A stretch of 32,000 nt of DNA from an uncultured Candidatus Saccharimonas sp. (GCA_963528875.1 CAURWT010000003.1:1-32000); one strand, 5' to 3'; counted from the stretch's first letter, positions 16,538 to 25,036 are shown. Numbers and translations: made by a program. Notes: generated from the sequence alone by a model not told the origin.

Positions 16538-16766
16538 AGATATAGATTGGTCAAAAGTATTTTTATCCTTAATGATTATGCTTTTAATAGGTTGGTTTAT
16601 TTTTCTAATTATATGGGGTATCCAAAATGAACCGCCACAACACAGTGCCGACACACTTCGAAAAATCAAAATCTGCCGAACTTATTCAAATGATTTTTGG
16701 CGGAACGATATAGATTTTATCGATGGTAAATGTTATTATAAAGGTAAAGAAGTTGAGATAAAGTAA
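16530..16766 (+). CDS. Small single-pass membrane protein
   Basis: MFKDIDWSKVFLSLMIMLLIGWFIFLIIWGI; start 16530 (SD gaggaag) preferred over 16509. Confidence 0.55.
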   Translation: MFKDIDWSKVFLSLMIMLLIGWFIFLIIWGIQNEPPQHSADTLRKIKICRTYSNDFWRNDIDFIDGKCYYKGKEVEIK

Positions 16767-16833
16767 ACCTATACTGTCGAGGGTTTTATCTTTAACTAGG
16801 GAAGAGGTGAAATAACTAGCTAAAGCTGTAATA

Positions 16834-16842
16834 TGATATAAT
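16834..16842 (+). promoter_or_regulatory. Extended -10 promoter TGaTATAAT for the 16893 gene
   Basis: tatgatataat is identical to the core of the host dnaE promoter; it sits in a 126-bp intergenic gap. Confidence 0.55.
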
Positions 16843-16892
16843 GTAAGTATGGGGGTGAGCTGTTAAATAAAAAATGAAAGGATAAGAAATTA

Positions 16893-17357
16893 ATGCCAAA
16901 ATTAACAGAAATTGCAAAACAAATCTTAGCGGTTCTATATGCTCAATATATGAAAACACCTAATATAGTATTACAACAAGTATACTTTTCAGCTCAAGAT
17001 GGTCTTGATATTGACGATGATGACAATGAAGATTTAATAGATGCTTTAAAAGATATTTCGGGTAGCGAAGCTATGTTGTCTGCTTGTTTAAAATATTTGC
17101 TCGAAAGTGGTTATATCTCTTGTCAAAGTTTTTCCGAAATGATGGATTATAGTATTCTGTTTGTTGGAATTTCTCTAACTGCTAAAGGTATTGATTACTC
17201 AGAAGGTTTAATTAGAGGCGATGCTGAAAATATCAAACAAGCCGGATTAGTTATTAACGGTGATGTTAATTTATCACCGAAACTAGAATCTCTTTTGAAA
17301 GTATCAGATTTAACTGGTTTTGGTGAACTCTTTAAAGCTTTTTCACCTAAAGAATAG
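16893..17357 (+). CDS. Hypothetical protein with its own promoter (possible winged-helix N-terminus; moron-like)
   Basis: 154 aa; SD aaagga; flanked by promoter-like elements on both sides; acidic DIDDDDNED insert. Confidence 0.6.
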   Translation: MPKLTEIAKQILAVLYAQYMKTPNIVLQQVYFSAQDGLDIDDDDNEDLIDALKDISGSEAMLSACLKYLLESGYISCQSFSEMMDYSILFVGISLTAKGIDYSEGLIRGDAENIKQAGLVINGDVNLSPKLESLLKVSDLTGFGELFKAFSPKE

Positions 17358-17378
17358 ATTTACTTTAGTCTCTATATA

Positions 17379-17387
17379 TGATATAAT
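17379..17387 (+). promoter_or_regulatory. Extended -10 promoter TGaTATAAT upstream of the terminase operon
   Basis: 17377-17391 (tatgatataatataa) is a 15-nt exact match to 86-100 upstream of host dnaE. Confidence 0.6.
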
Positions 17388-17404
17388 ATAACTAAGGGAA
17401 TAAT

Positions 17405-17452
17405 GGGCACACTATCAGTCAAAAGATTGTTTAGTGTGCTCATTTTATTTTT
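17405..17452 (+). terminator. Intrinsic-terminator-like hairpin immediately downstream of the 17379 promoter
   Basis: gggcacacta(17405-17414)/tagtgtgctc(17432-17441), 10 bp with one G-U, then attttattttt. Confidence 0.6.
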
Positions 17453-17469
17453 GGGCAGAAAGGCGAAAG

Positions 17470-17871
17470 ATGGCTAATCCTAATTTTAGTTCAAAAATAC
17501 TAATTCGTAAGCTAGAAGATGATTCAATAGTTGTTTTTTACGATAAGCATTCAATTTATATTAAGAGCCAAATGGGAATTTTAGTTTTTCATCGTTGGTT
17601 CGCTCCAAAAGGATATTACACTAAAAACTTCAAACCATTTTCTGAAATAGCTAAGCGCAAGAAACACTTAACAGTTAAATGCTTACTAGATGCTGGGTTA
17701 AAATATGGCGTAAGCTACGCTATGGGAACTAAAATACCAAAGCCAAAATCTGATAATCAAGAAATAAATTTTATTTCAGAAAAAGGAACTTGGACAAGAA
17801 GACTTACGGCGGACTATTATTCAGAAAAGGAAAAACAAGATATACTTAGAAAGATTGGTTATGGCGACTAA
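17470..17871 (+). CDS. Hypothetical phage protein, first gene of the packaging operon
   Basis: 133 aa from MANPNF (the GTG at 17434 lies inside the terminator hairpin, so it was rejected); overlaps the terS start. Confidence 0.6.
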   Translation: MANPNFSSKILIRKLEDDSIVVFYDKHSIYIKSQMGILVFHRWFAPKGYYTKNFKPFSEIAKRKKHLTVKCLLDAGLKYGVSYAMGTKIPKPKSDNQEINFISEKGTWTRRLTADYYSEKEKQDILRKIGYGD

Positions 17872-18283
17872 AAGAACAAAAGGTAAAGAGCGGATTTTTT
17901 CACCAAAGCAGATTAAATTTGGTATGTATTATTATTTGCCTGATTCTCCGACTTTTGGGAATGCGTTACAAAGTGCAATTCGTGCTGGTTTTTCTGAAAA
18001 ATACGCGAAGAATATTACGGTTAAGAATTTGGAATGGCTAGAAGATATTGTGGTGGAAATTGGTGGAAAAGGTGTTTCGAAAGATAAGCTTGTTCGTAAA
18101 GCTAAAAAAGTGCTAGATAAGAGCTTGGACAGTGAAGATGAAAAGATAGCGCAAGACACAGCTAAGTTTATTGCGAAGACTACAACAGAGTTTAGCGAAA
18201 AGCAAGATATAGTGTCGAACGGTGAAACGCTAACCGTTGCAACATTGGAGTTTGTGAATGGAGATAATCCGAAAGAAAGTTAA
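17861..18283 (+). CDS. Terminase small subunit
   Basis: FGNALQSAIRAGFSEKYAKN matches the GNateAAikAGYSektA HTH motif of Terminase_2-type small subunits; directly upstream of terL. Confidence 0.8.
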   Translation: MATKRTKGKERIFSPKQIKFGMYYYLPDSPTFGNALQSAIRAGFSEKYAKNITVKNLEWLEDIVVEIGGKGVSKDKLVRKAKKVLDKSLDSEDEKIAQDTAKFIAKTTTEFSEKQDIVSNGETLTVATLEFVNGDNPKES

Positions 18284-19523
18284 AGTTCCGATTGAATTTA
18301 AGCCACTGTTCGAAGAAAATAAATGGCGAAACCTTGTTTTTTATGGTGGGCGTTCGAGCGGAAAAAGCCACGACGTCGCACTCTCTCAGGTTTTAAGAGC
18401 GAGAGAAAAGAGATTGAAATTTTTAAACTGTCGAGAATTTCAGAACTCAATTAAAGACTCAACACACGCTTTAGTGAAAGCTATTATTTTTGAATACGGT
18501 TTTGAAACTGAATTTATAATTACTAATGATTCTATAAAACATAAAAGAACTGAAAGCGAATGGATTTTTAAAGGTTTGCATGACAACGTCGAAAGCTTGA
18601 AGTCTATACCGAATATTGATGAAGCTTGGGTTGAAGAGGCGAGCACCGTTACCAAGCGCTCTATTACGCTACTAAAAAACACTGTGCGTAAAGATAATTC
18701 GAGGCTTATTTTTACTTTTAACCGTGATACGGAACGTGATCCAGTCTATGTTGAATATGTGATGAAGAAGCCAGATAATACTTATGCAATTAAAGTAAAT
18801 TATGATGTGCTAGAAAAGAACGGGCTTTTCCCAGATGTGATGCGAATTGAGATGGAGAATGACAAGAAAAACAACCCTCAAGAGTTCGCTCATACTTGGT
18901 TAGGTGAGCCACTTTCGCAAATTGAAAATGCTATTTTGAGCCGTGATAGAGTGCTAAACGCTATGGATCGAGAGATAGAAGATGACGGCGAAATTCAAAT
19001 AGGCGTTGATGTGGCACGACTTGGTGATGACCGCTCTGTATTATGGAAGCGTAAAGGCTTAAAGACAATTGACTTTAAGGTTTACGAAAAACTCAGGACT
19101 AATGAGCTTGTGGAGAAAATAGAGCAGTTCGCCCAATTAGATAAGGAAGTGTTAATTAAAATCGATGACACGGGAGTTGGTGGTGGTGTTACTGATCAAT
19201 TATTAGCTAAAAATTACAATGTTCAAGGTATTAACTTTGCACAGAAAGCGGTGAATGATGACAAATACCCGAATTGGATCAGCGAAGCTTGGTTTCATCT
19301 TCAAAAAGTGATAGATGAAATACAACTGCCAAACAACACGGACTTGCTCCAAGAATTGACAACTAGAACTTGGAGTATGGATAAAAAAGGTAAGCGAGCG
19401 GTTGAAAGCAAGGGAGATTACAAGAAGCGGGGAAATAGAAGTCCTGACTTGGCTGATGCGTGCATCCTTTGTTATTATACGCCGCCAAAACCTAAACCTA
19501 TTGTTTATGCTGGCGTGAGATAA
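18258..19523 (+). CDS. Terminase large subunit (PBSX/Terminase_3-like)
   Basis: 421 aa; Walker A YGGRSSGKSH, Walker B-like IDEAWVEEAS, C-terminal RNase-H-like nuclease with IGVDVAR and DDTGVGGG. Confidence 0.92.
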   Translation: MEIIRKKVKVPIEFKPLFEENKWRNLVFYGGRSSGKSHDVALSQVLRAREKRLKFLNCREFQNSIKDSTHALVKAIIFEYGFETEFIITNDSIKHKRTESEWIFKGLHDNVESLKSIPNIDEAWVEEASTVTKRSITLLKNTVRKDNSRLIFTFNRDTERDPVYVEYVMKKPDNTYAIKVNYDVLEKNGLFPDVMRIEMENDKKNNPQEFAHTWLGEPLSQIENAILSRDRVLNAMDREIEDDGEIQIGVDVARLGDDRSVLWKRKGLKTIDFKVYEKLRTNELVEKIEQFAQLDKEVLIKIDDTGVGGGVTDQLLAKNYNVQGINFAQKAVNDDKYPNWISEAWFHLQKVIDEIQLPNNTDLLQELTTRTWSMDKKGKRAVESKGDYKKRGNRSPDLADACILCYYTPPKPKPIVYAGVR

Positions 19524-19532
19524 TGTAGCTCT

Positions 19533-19544
19533 GCTCGACTATTT
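19533..19544 (+). promoter_or_regulatory. Late-unit motif GCTCGACTATTT, copy 1 (upstream of portal)
   Basis: Exact 12-mer shared with 22226-22237 and 26537-26548; followed by the AT-rich -10-like TATATT (19550-19555), 6 nt before the ATG. Confidence 0.6.
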
Positions 19545-19561
19545 GAATTTATATTTTAAAT

Positions 19562-22099
19562 ATGTTTAGAGATTTTTTTAGCCGTTTGGTCGGCGGTAAT
19601 ATGAAAAAGAAGAGCGCCTCGCACTACGCTTTCAATCGGCCAAAATCAATGTTGGGTGCGCATACATTTTATAAAGGATTATCATATGATAATTCATATC
19701 CGTCTATTTCACGAATTGTAAATGAATTTATGACAATTAGGCCGTATGCGATAGATAATAACGGTAAAACAATTCAAGATTCGGTAGTGATGAATAAAAT
19801 ATATCATCCGAATCAACAGATGAGCGGTGCAACCTTCCGTGAAGCTTTAGCACTCCTAAGTTTGGTTTTTCCTAAAGTTTATGTTTTGGTTTGGAGCTAT
19901 AATGAACAGGGCGCTCCAACAACTGGACAAAATATTACTCCTGAAAATATAGCAGGGTTTACTATTCTTGAGGGAGTAACTGAATATTATGTTGGTGAAG
20001 AGAAGCGCTATCGAGTTGGTGCTAAAGAATACTCTGAAAATGAAATTATTGAACTGCGAAGTGGGGTTAATCCATATGATTTGAGCGGAGGATATAGCCC
20101 GACTGATGCTGCTCGAAAATGGGCATCGATTGATGATTATATCGCAAGTTATCAAGCTGGTTATTTTGAAAACGGCGCTGTGCCTGCTGGACAGTTTATT
20201 ATTACCGCTGGAAGTGTTGAAGAATATAATAATATTGTTGATGATCTGCAAGCACGACACCGTGGTAGTGGCAATAATAACAATGTGGTTTATGTTCATC
20301 GCCCAATTGAGAGTGCAACAGGTAAGCCAGTTAATGCTCAGATTGAGTGGGTACCATTTGCTGAGAGTAACAAGAATCTTGACTTAAAGAGTCTATTTGA
20401 CCAAGCTAACAAGAAAATTGACAGTATTTACGGCGTCCCTGCAAGTGTTCGAGGTGTGAATGATAATAACACTTATGCCAGTGTGCGAGTGGATGAGCAG
20501 ATTTTTATTAAATATACGATCAGGCCTTTTGCAACACGGATTTGGAGTGAATTTACACATCAACTGAACCGAATTACAGGCGGCTTAGGTTTTGCTATCA
20601 CTTTTGACCTTGATATTCCTGGTGTGGCCGAAGAAGAAAAGATTGAAGCTGAGCGTAAAGCAGCTGAATTAACTTTGATTAAGACTGGCTTAGAAATGGG
20701 CTATTCATTAGACAGTATAGTTGATGCATTTGAGCTCTCGAATGGCTATAAAACGCTTAAAATGGGTGAAACTCCACTAAAAATTGAGAATGATAAGCCT
20801 GAAGTTGATGACGGCGGCGAAGTTGAAGAATCGCCAGAAGATTTAAACGCAAAAAGCGCGCATATCTGTAATGAGTGCGGAGAACACCACTGTTTAAAAG
20901 CTGATAGGAAAACAAAAAACGAAAAGCAAAAAGATAAAGACCAGAATGCACTAGAAACTGTCTTTCGTGATATGACTAATGAGCAGATTGAGCGAGCTAT
21001 CGAGAGTGATTTTGAAGATTTTGACCTTGGCGATAAAGATCGTGAAAAATTCAAGCAAAGAATAAAGGTGATATTGCTGAGCGTGCTGGTAACCCGTGGT
21101 GTGGTGGCTTGGAGTGATTTTGTTTCAATATTAAAGCAAAACAACATATCGACTGATGACCTAACCGAATTTAAGCTTTCTGATAAGCTGAAAAAACATT
21201 ATGACAAAATGATAGCTGATTTTACTAAGAGTTTTAGTGAAGATACGGCCAAGTCGATTGCTAACAGAGTTGCTCAAGCAGAAATAGAAGACTGGAATAA
21301 GGAACAGTTAGCTCGTAGCTTGCGAGATATAACAAAAACCGAAGAATGGCGAATTCAGCGAATAGCTCGCACTGAAACACACCGAGCACACGGCCTGGCT
21401 GGCGTGGAGGCTGGTGTGCAAATTCAGAATGAATCTGGCGTGCAGATTTATAAAGAGTGGGTGGTCGTTTCGCACAATCCTTGCAAATATTGCCGTGGAA
21501 TGAACGGCAGACGAGTTAATGTAACTGAAAGTTATGTTAAAAAGGGTGGAATTTTGATTGGCAAATCGAAAATCCGAGTTAATGATTATGCTGATATCGA
21601 CACGGCTGGTGCTCACCCAAACTGTTCTTGTGTGGAGAAGTTTGGGATTGAAGAAAATAATAGTGAACCTTGGCGGAGCGTTGAAATTGAAGAGTTGCCA
21701 GCTGAGAAATTTAATGAGGTTTATGGTAAGGATTGGAAAGGCTTTAGTTTTGAAACTGAGCCACCATTAAACCAAAGAGAAAAAGAGATTGCACAAATCT
21801 TTTCAGCGCAAACAAAAAAGACACCTTTAGCGATTAGGCGAGTTGAAAAGCCGGATGGTATAAAAACTCCAGACTTATTAGTCGATGATAAGAAATTTGA
21901 GATTAAGAAAGTATCGAGCCCACGTTCGGTAGAAGATCAATTAAGGAAGGCACGTAAACAAGGAGCTTTTGGCGTAATTCTTGATATAGATGATGAAAAA
22001 TATAATTTTGAAGTTTTAGCTGCAGAGATAAAGAGAAGGCAAAAGCAGTTTAAGATTGAAGAAATATATAAGATATTGAATAACGAGATTATAGACTAA
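19562..22099 (+). CDS. Portal protein fused to a MuF/SPP1-gp7 head-morphogenesis domain and a C-terminal PD-(D/E)XK-like (putative nuclease/toxin) domain
   Basis: 845 aa.
- Residues 1 to ~430 are Phage_portal-like (FENGAVPAG, GVPASV, TIRPF).
- Residues ~560-691 are MuF-like (RIARTETHRAHG ... CKYCRGMNG ... AHPNCSCV).
- Residues ~700-845 carry TPDLLVDDKKFEIKK (PD-x8-ExK).
The start is uncertain (19562 has no SD; alternative is 19601). Confidence 0.85.
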   Translation: MFRDFFSRLVGGNMKKKSASHYAFNRPKSMLGAHTFYKGLSYDNSYPSISRIVNEFMTIRPYAIDNNGKTIQDSVVMNKIYHPNQQMSGATFREALALLSLVFPKVYVLVWSYNEQGAPTTGQNITPENIAGFTILEGVTEYYVGEEKRYRVGAKEYSENEIIELRSGVNPYDLSGGYSPTDAARKWASIDDYIASYQAGYFENGAVPAGQFIITAGSVEEYNNIVDDLQARHRGSGNNNNVVYVHRPIESATGKPVNAQIEWVPFAESNKNLDLKSLFDQANKKIDSIYGVPASVRGVNDNNTYASVRVDEQIFIKYTIRPFATRIWSEFTHQLNRITGGLGFAITFDLDIPGVAEEEKIEAERKAAELTLIKTGLEMGYSLDSIVDAFELSNGYKTLKMGETPLKIENDKPEVDDGGEVEESPEDLNAKSAHICNECGEHHCLKADRKTKNEKQKDKDQNALETVFRDMTNEQIERAIESDFEDFDLGDKDREKFKQRIKVILLSVLVTRGVVAWSDFVSILKQNNISTDDLTEFKLSDKLKKHYDKMIADFTKSFSEDTAKSIANRVAQAEIEDWNKEQLARSLRDITKTEEWRIQRIARTETHRAHGLAGVEAGVQIQNESGVQIYKEWVVVSHNPCKYCRGMNGRRVNVTESYVKKGGILIGKSKIRVNDYADIDTAGAHPNCSCVEKFGIEENNSEPWRSVEIEELPAEKFNEVYGKDWKGFSFETEPPLNQREKEIAQIFSAQTKKTPLAIRRVEKPDGIKTPDLLVDDKKFEIKKVSSPRSVEDQLRKARKQGAFGVILDIDDEKYNFEVLAAEIKRRQKQFKIEEIYKILNNEIID

Positions 22100-22156
22100 A
22101 AATAGACCAGCTCGCCGAGTCCTATGCAGGACACGACCGCTGGTCTATTTATTTTT
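22100..22156 (+). terminator. Strong intrinsic terminator after the portal fusion gene
   Basis: aaatagaccagc(22100-22111)/gctggtctattt(22139-22150) with an inner gtcct/aggac stem, followed by atttttg. Confidence 0.75.
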
Positions 22157-22225
22157 GTAAGCCTTACTATTTAAATATTATCATATTTAAGTAAAAAAGT
22201 CAATATTATCTAATTATTTTGTATA

Positions 22226-22237
22226 GCTCGACTATTT
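22226..22237 (+). promoter_or_regulatory. Late-unit motif GCTCGACTATTT, copy 2 (upstream of the protease-capsid gene)
   Basis: Exact 12-mer preceded by tGTAta; TAATATTAATT follows 5 nt downstream. Confidence 0.6.
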
Positions 22238-22279
22238 GCTAGTAATATTAATTTGTAATAGTAAATTTAAAGAGGAAAT

Positions 22280-23989
22280 ATGGCAGAAAAAGTTAAGAAA
22301 ACAGCACTGGAGCTGAAAACTGAAATTTCGAAGTCCGTGGGAGAAAATGAGGAGCGAAAAATTAGGTTTGTGGCATCGAGTGTAAACGAAGATCGCCATT
22401 ACGAGAAAGTGGACGTTGCGAGCCTTCGCCTACCTTTAAAGCAAGGTGGTGAGATCCGAGCTGGAGCAATTCCGACGGAAGGAGTGAATGATTTAGTGGA
22501 TATTCCACTAATTCTAAACCATTCTGGTGATGTTCGGGACACAATTGGCTCAGTGCGAAGTGCTTTCTATGAAAATGGTGAGCTGATTTTTGAAGCGGGT
22601 ATCTCAAAACGGGAAATAGCACAAGAAATGCTGCTACTTCTTGAAGAAGGACACCTATCAAATGCGTTCTCAATTACAATGTCAGATTTTGACTATAATT
22701 TTGAAAGCGAAACGATTAGTAACGCTGAGATTATTGAGGTGAGCTTGGTTTTCCGCGGAGCTAACAGAGAAGCAAGGCTTTTGGCCGTAAAATCTCTGAA
22801 AGGTGATGAAATGAGCCAAGAAAAAGAAACTCCAGAAGTTTTGAAAAAAGAGGCGACAACTACAGTTTATCCTGAGGTTGTAGCAGACGATGAACCTGAG
22901 GTTGAGCAGGCTGAAAATTCAACCGAAAATAATAATTATAACGAAGAGAAAGAGGAAGAAATGGATAAAGAAATTGCAAAAGATGCTATTTCAAAAGCAG
23001 CACCAAGCCAAGCTGTGAAGTCTTCAAGTAATTACCTTGAAACTCGTGAGGCGATGAATGACTATGCGAAAATTCTTGAGAAATTTGCTGGTGCTAACGC
23101 TAACGAAGTGAAGAAAGCTTGGGCTGATCATGTAGCACAAAAAGGTATTAGTAATGTTGATGTTCTACTACCAGGAGCAATGGTTTCAGCAATTAGCGAT
23201 GGAATCGAGAAATCTGGAACAATTTGGAACATTCTAAATAAGACTGGATTAACTGTTCGCCGAATTGATGCCGAAACAGCTGATGCTCGAGCACAAGGAC
23301 ATAAACGTGACACAACTAAAAAAGAAGCAACATTAACATTTACTGATCGTGTGATTCGTGCTGGTTTCATCTATGATTATCTAAAATTGAACAAAGAAGA
23401 TATTGTAGAAAACCGTGATACTGGTGCTTTGGTGAAATTCGTGCTTGAAACTTTGCCAAAACGAATTATTACTGAAATTGAACGAGCAGTAGTGATTGGT
23501 GATGGTCGAAGTGGTGAAGATGACAAAATCAATAGCTTTGTTTCAATCCTAGAAGATGCTAAGAATGGAGTTTTTGCCACTGAATATACACCCGCTAAAG
23601 ATGAGTCACTTTACAAGTCAATTGTTAAAGCAGCTACAAAAATTGTTCCAGAAGGTGATGTATATATTGTTATGAGCAAATCTGCGAAAGCTGAGCTAAA
23701 ACTTTCTGAAACTAAGAGCGGTGCGCTTGTGTTCCCACTTGGTGGTGATATTGCTGGAACTTTGGAAGTTAAAGAAATCTTTACTCCAAGCTGGTTTGCA
23801 CCAGAAGGCGTTCAGGCTGTAATGTTTGTAGGTGATGCTTACGAAACAGTTGGTGATAATTCAATTGAAGCTTACACAAACTTCTCACTAAGCCAGAATA
23901 AACAAGAGTATCTACAAGAAATTTACGCTGGTGGTGCTTTGGCGAAAGTTAAAGCTGGTGTAGTAATTAAAAATCCTGCTTCGGCTTAA
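22280..23989 (+). CDS. Prohead protease (HK97/S78-like) fused via an acidic linker to an HK97-fold major capsid protein
   Basis: 569 aa. N-terminus: FVASSVNEDRHYEKV, ILNHSGD..IGSV, LSNAFSI (protease His/Ser contexts). Residues ~180-240 are an acidic low-complexity linker. C-terminal ~300 aa are capsid-like (ERAVVIGDGRSG). Confidence 0.8.
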   Translation: MAEKVKKTALELKTEISKSVGENEERKIRFVASSVNEDRHYEKVDVASLRLPLKQGGEIRAGAIPTEGVNDLVDIPLILNHSGDVRDTIGSVRSAFYENGELIFEAGISKREIAQEMLLLLEEGHLSNAFSITMSDFDYNFESETISNAEIIEVSLVFRGANREARLLAVKSLKGDEMSQEKETPEVLKKEATTTVYPEVVADDEPEVEQAENSTENNNYNEEKEEEMDKEIAKDAISKAAPSQAVKSSSNYLETREAMNDYAKILEKFAGANANEVKKAWADHVAQKGISNVDVLLPGAMVSAISDGIEKSGTIWNILNKTGLTVRRIDAETADARAQGHKRDTTKKEATLTFTDRVIRAGFIYDYLKLNKEDIVENRDTGALVKFVLETLPKRIITEIERAVVIGDGRSGEDDKINSFVSILEDAKNGVFATEYTPAKDESLYKSIVKAATKIVPEGDVYIVMSKSAKAELKLSETKSGALVFPLGGDIAGTLEVKEIFTPSWFAPEGVQAVMFVGDAYETVGDNSIEAYTNFSLSQNKQEYLQEIYAGGALAKVKAGVVIKNPASA

Positions 23990-24008
23990 TTGAAAGGAGA
24001 GGGCTAAG

Positions 24009-24401
24009 ATGAAACAACCGATTTCAAAAGATGAGATTGTGGCGTTAATCGGACGCCCTCTCTCTTCTTATGAAGAACAGAACTTTACAATTTTGAATGA
24101 GTTAACTTCGGAACGCTTGAATAGACTGTTGAATGGTGGGTTTGATTCTACAACTGACTGGACATCGGGGCTGAAGATGTTGTATGCGCGATTGTTTAAT
24201 ATTAGTGAGTTAGAACGAAACCATGATGCGAGCATTTCAAGAAAAGCCGTAGATGGCTATAGTGTAGATTTTAAAGAAAATACCAATTATTACGCTCAAT
24301 TCTGCGAAGAAAACGCAGATTTAATAGCTAAATATAGAATTTCTAACGGTGGAATTCGACACGGAAAGACTATTTATGAGGATATTCGATACTTTTTCTG
24401 A
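24009..24401 (+). CDS. Head-tail connector (gp6-like DNA-packaging/adaptor protein)
   Basis: 130 aa; first gene after the capsid in a conserved siphovirus order. Assigned by synteny and size only. Confidence 0.55.
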   Translation: MKQPISKDEIVALIGRPLSSYEEQNFTILNELTSERLNRLLNGGFDSTTDWTSGLKMLYARLFNISELERNHDASISRKAVDGYSVDFKENTNYYAQFCEENADLIAKYRISNGGIRHGKTIYEDIRYFF

Positions 24402-24717
24402 AACGGAGTATTCATTTTTACGAGTTAATCGAGGGAATGTTTACGGCAACACGATTGAAGAAGAGTTGACGAACCGAAAAGGAGTGTTTCGTGAAAAATC
24501 TGGAATGAAACGAGGCGCAAACGGTGAAGAGTTTGCAGAAAATTCAACACTGTTCGTAAAACCTGAAGATATTCCAATAGATGCCGTTGGCAATGGTATT
24601 CGAATAAATCACAAGACTTATACCATTATTGCAATGCACGAAGGTAAAAACTTTGATACCAATGAAGTGGAACATTTGAAACTAACTTTGGAAAGGGCGA
24701 GCTATGGCGAAGGTTAA
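24376..24717 (+). CDS. Head closure / head-tail adaptor protein
   Basis: Synteny. ATG at 24376 preferred to GTG at 24349; the start is uncertain. Confidence 0.5.
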   Translation: MRIFDTFSETEYSFLRVNRGNVYGNTIEEELTNRKGVFREKSGMKRGANGEEFAENSTLFVKPEDIPIDAVGNGIRINHKTYTIIAMHEGKNFDTNEVEHLKLTLERASYGEG

Positions 24718-25036
24718 GGTGACGTTTAATAGCAAAATGAAAGCTTATTTGCAAGTTCAGCGATTGAATATGCAAAAAGAGCTTGAGGCTAAGGCGGAAA
24801 AAACGCTTGGTCGAGCTCGAATGCTTGCTCCTGTTCTATCTGGTGATCTAAAAATGAATGGTCGAGTGGAAAAAATACCAAATGGGGTTTCTGTGGTATT
24901 TGGTGATAGTCGGATTCCTTATGCTCGACGAAGGCACTTTGAAAACCGCAAAAATCCAGCAACGATAAACTATTTGGAACGAGCTGGTAATCAAACCAAG
25001 AAAGAAGGCTTTATAATTATGAAAGGAGATAAATGA
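24704..25036 (+). CDS. HK97 gp10-family tail-completion/neck protein
   Basis: 110 aa; ARMLAPVLSGDLKMNG resembles the gp10-family a.P..tG.Lr motif; synteny. Confidence 0.6.
   Translation: MAKVKVTFNSKMKAYLQVQRLNMQKELEAKAEKTLGRARMLAPVLSGDLKMNGRVEKIPNGVSVVFGDSRIPYARRRHFENRKNPATINYLERAGNQTKKEGFIIMKGDK

Noticed and set aside
5192-17469. Extended 5' starts given by the ORF track (5192, 11171, 13287, 14198, 14413, 15881, 16509, 17434, 17855, 24349, 26584)
   Set aside because: The longest-ORF starts overlap upstream genes, promoters or a terminator hairpin, or use GTG/TTG. In each case an internal ATG with a well-spaced AAGGAG-type SD (or, for 5303, a -10 box) fits better.
562-21770. Many short ORFs in the track nested in, or antisense to, long genes. 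Examples: 562-783, 1095-1280, 2088-2474, 2161-2349, 4937-5182, 5635-5877, 6101-6347, 8594-8857, 9254-9448, 11402-11662, 11529-11831, 11876-12106, 12231-12455, 12966-13266, 14410-14809, 14779-15009, 15704-16105, 16182-16397, 17932-18159, 18440-18682, 19856-20387, 20746-21147, 21308-21770. Also 22362-22673, 23128-23580, 25492-25788, 28768-29473.
   Set aside because: They lie entirely within well-supported genes with recognisable domains or clear SD-led synteny. They lack SD/promoter signals, and their low-complexity, Leu/Ile/Phe/Ser-rich translations are typical of off-frame reading of AT-rich DNA.
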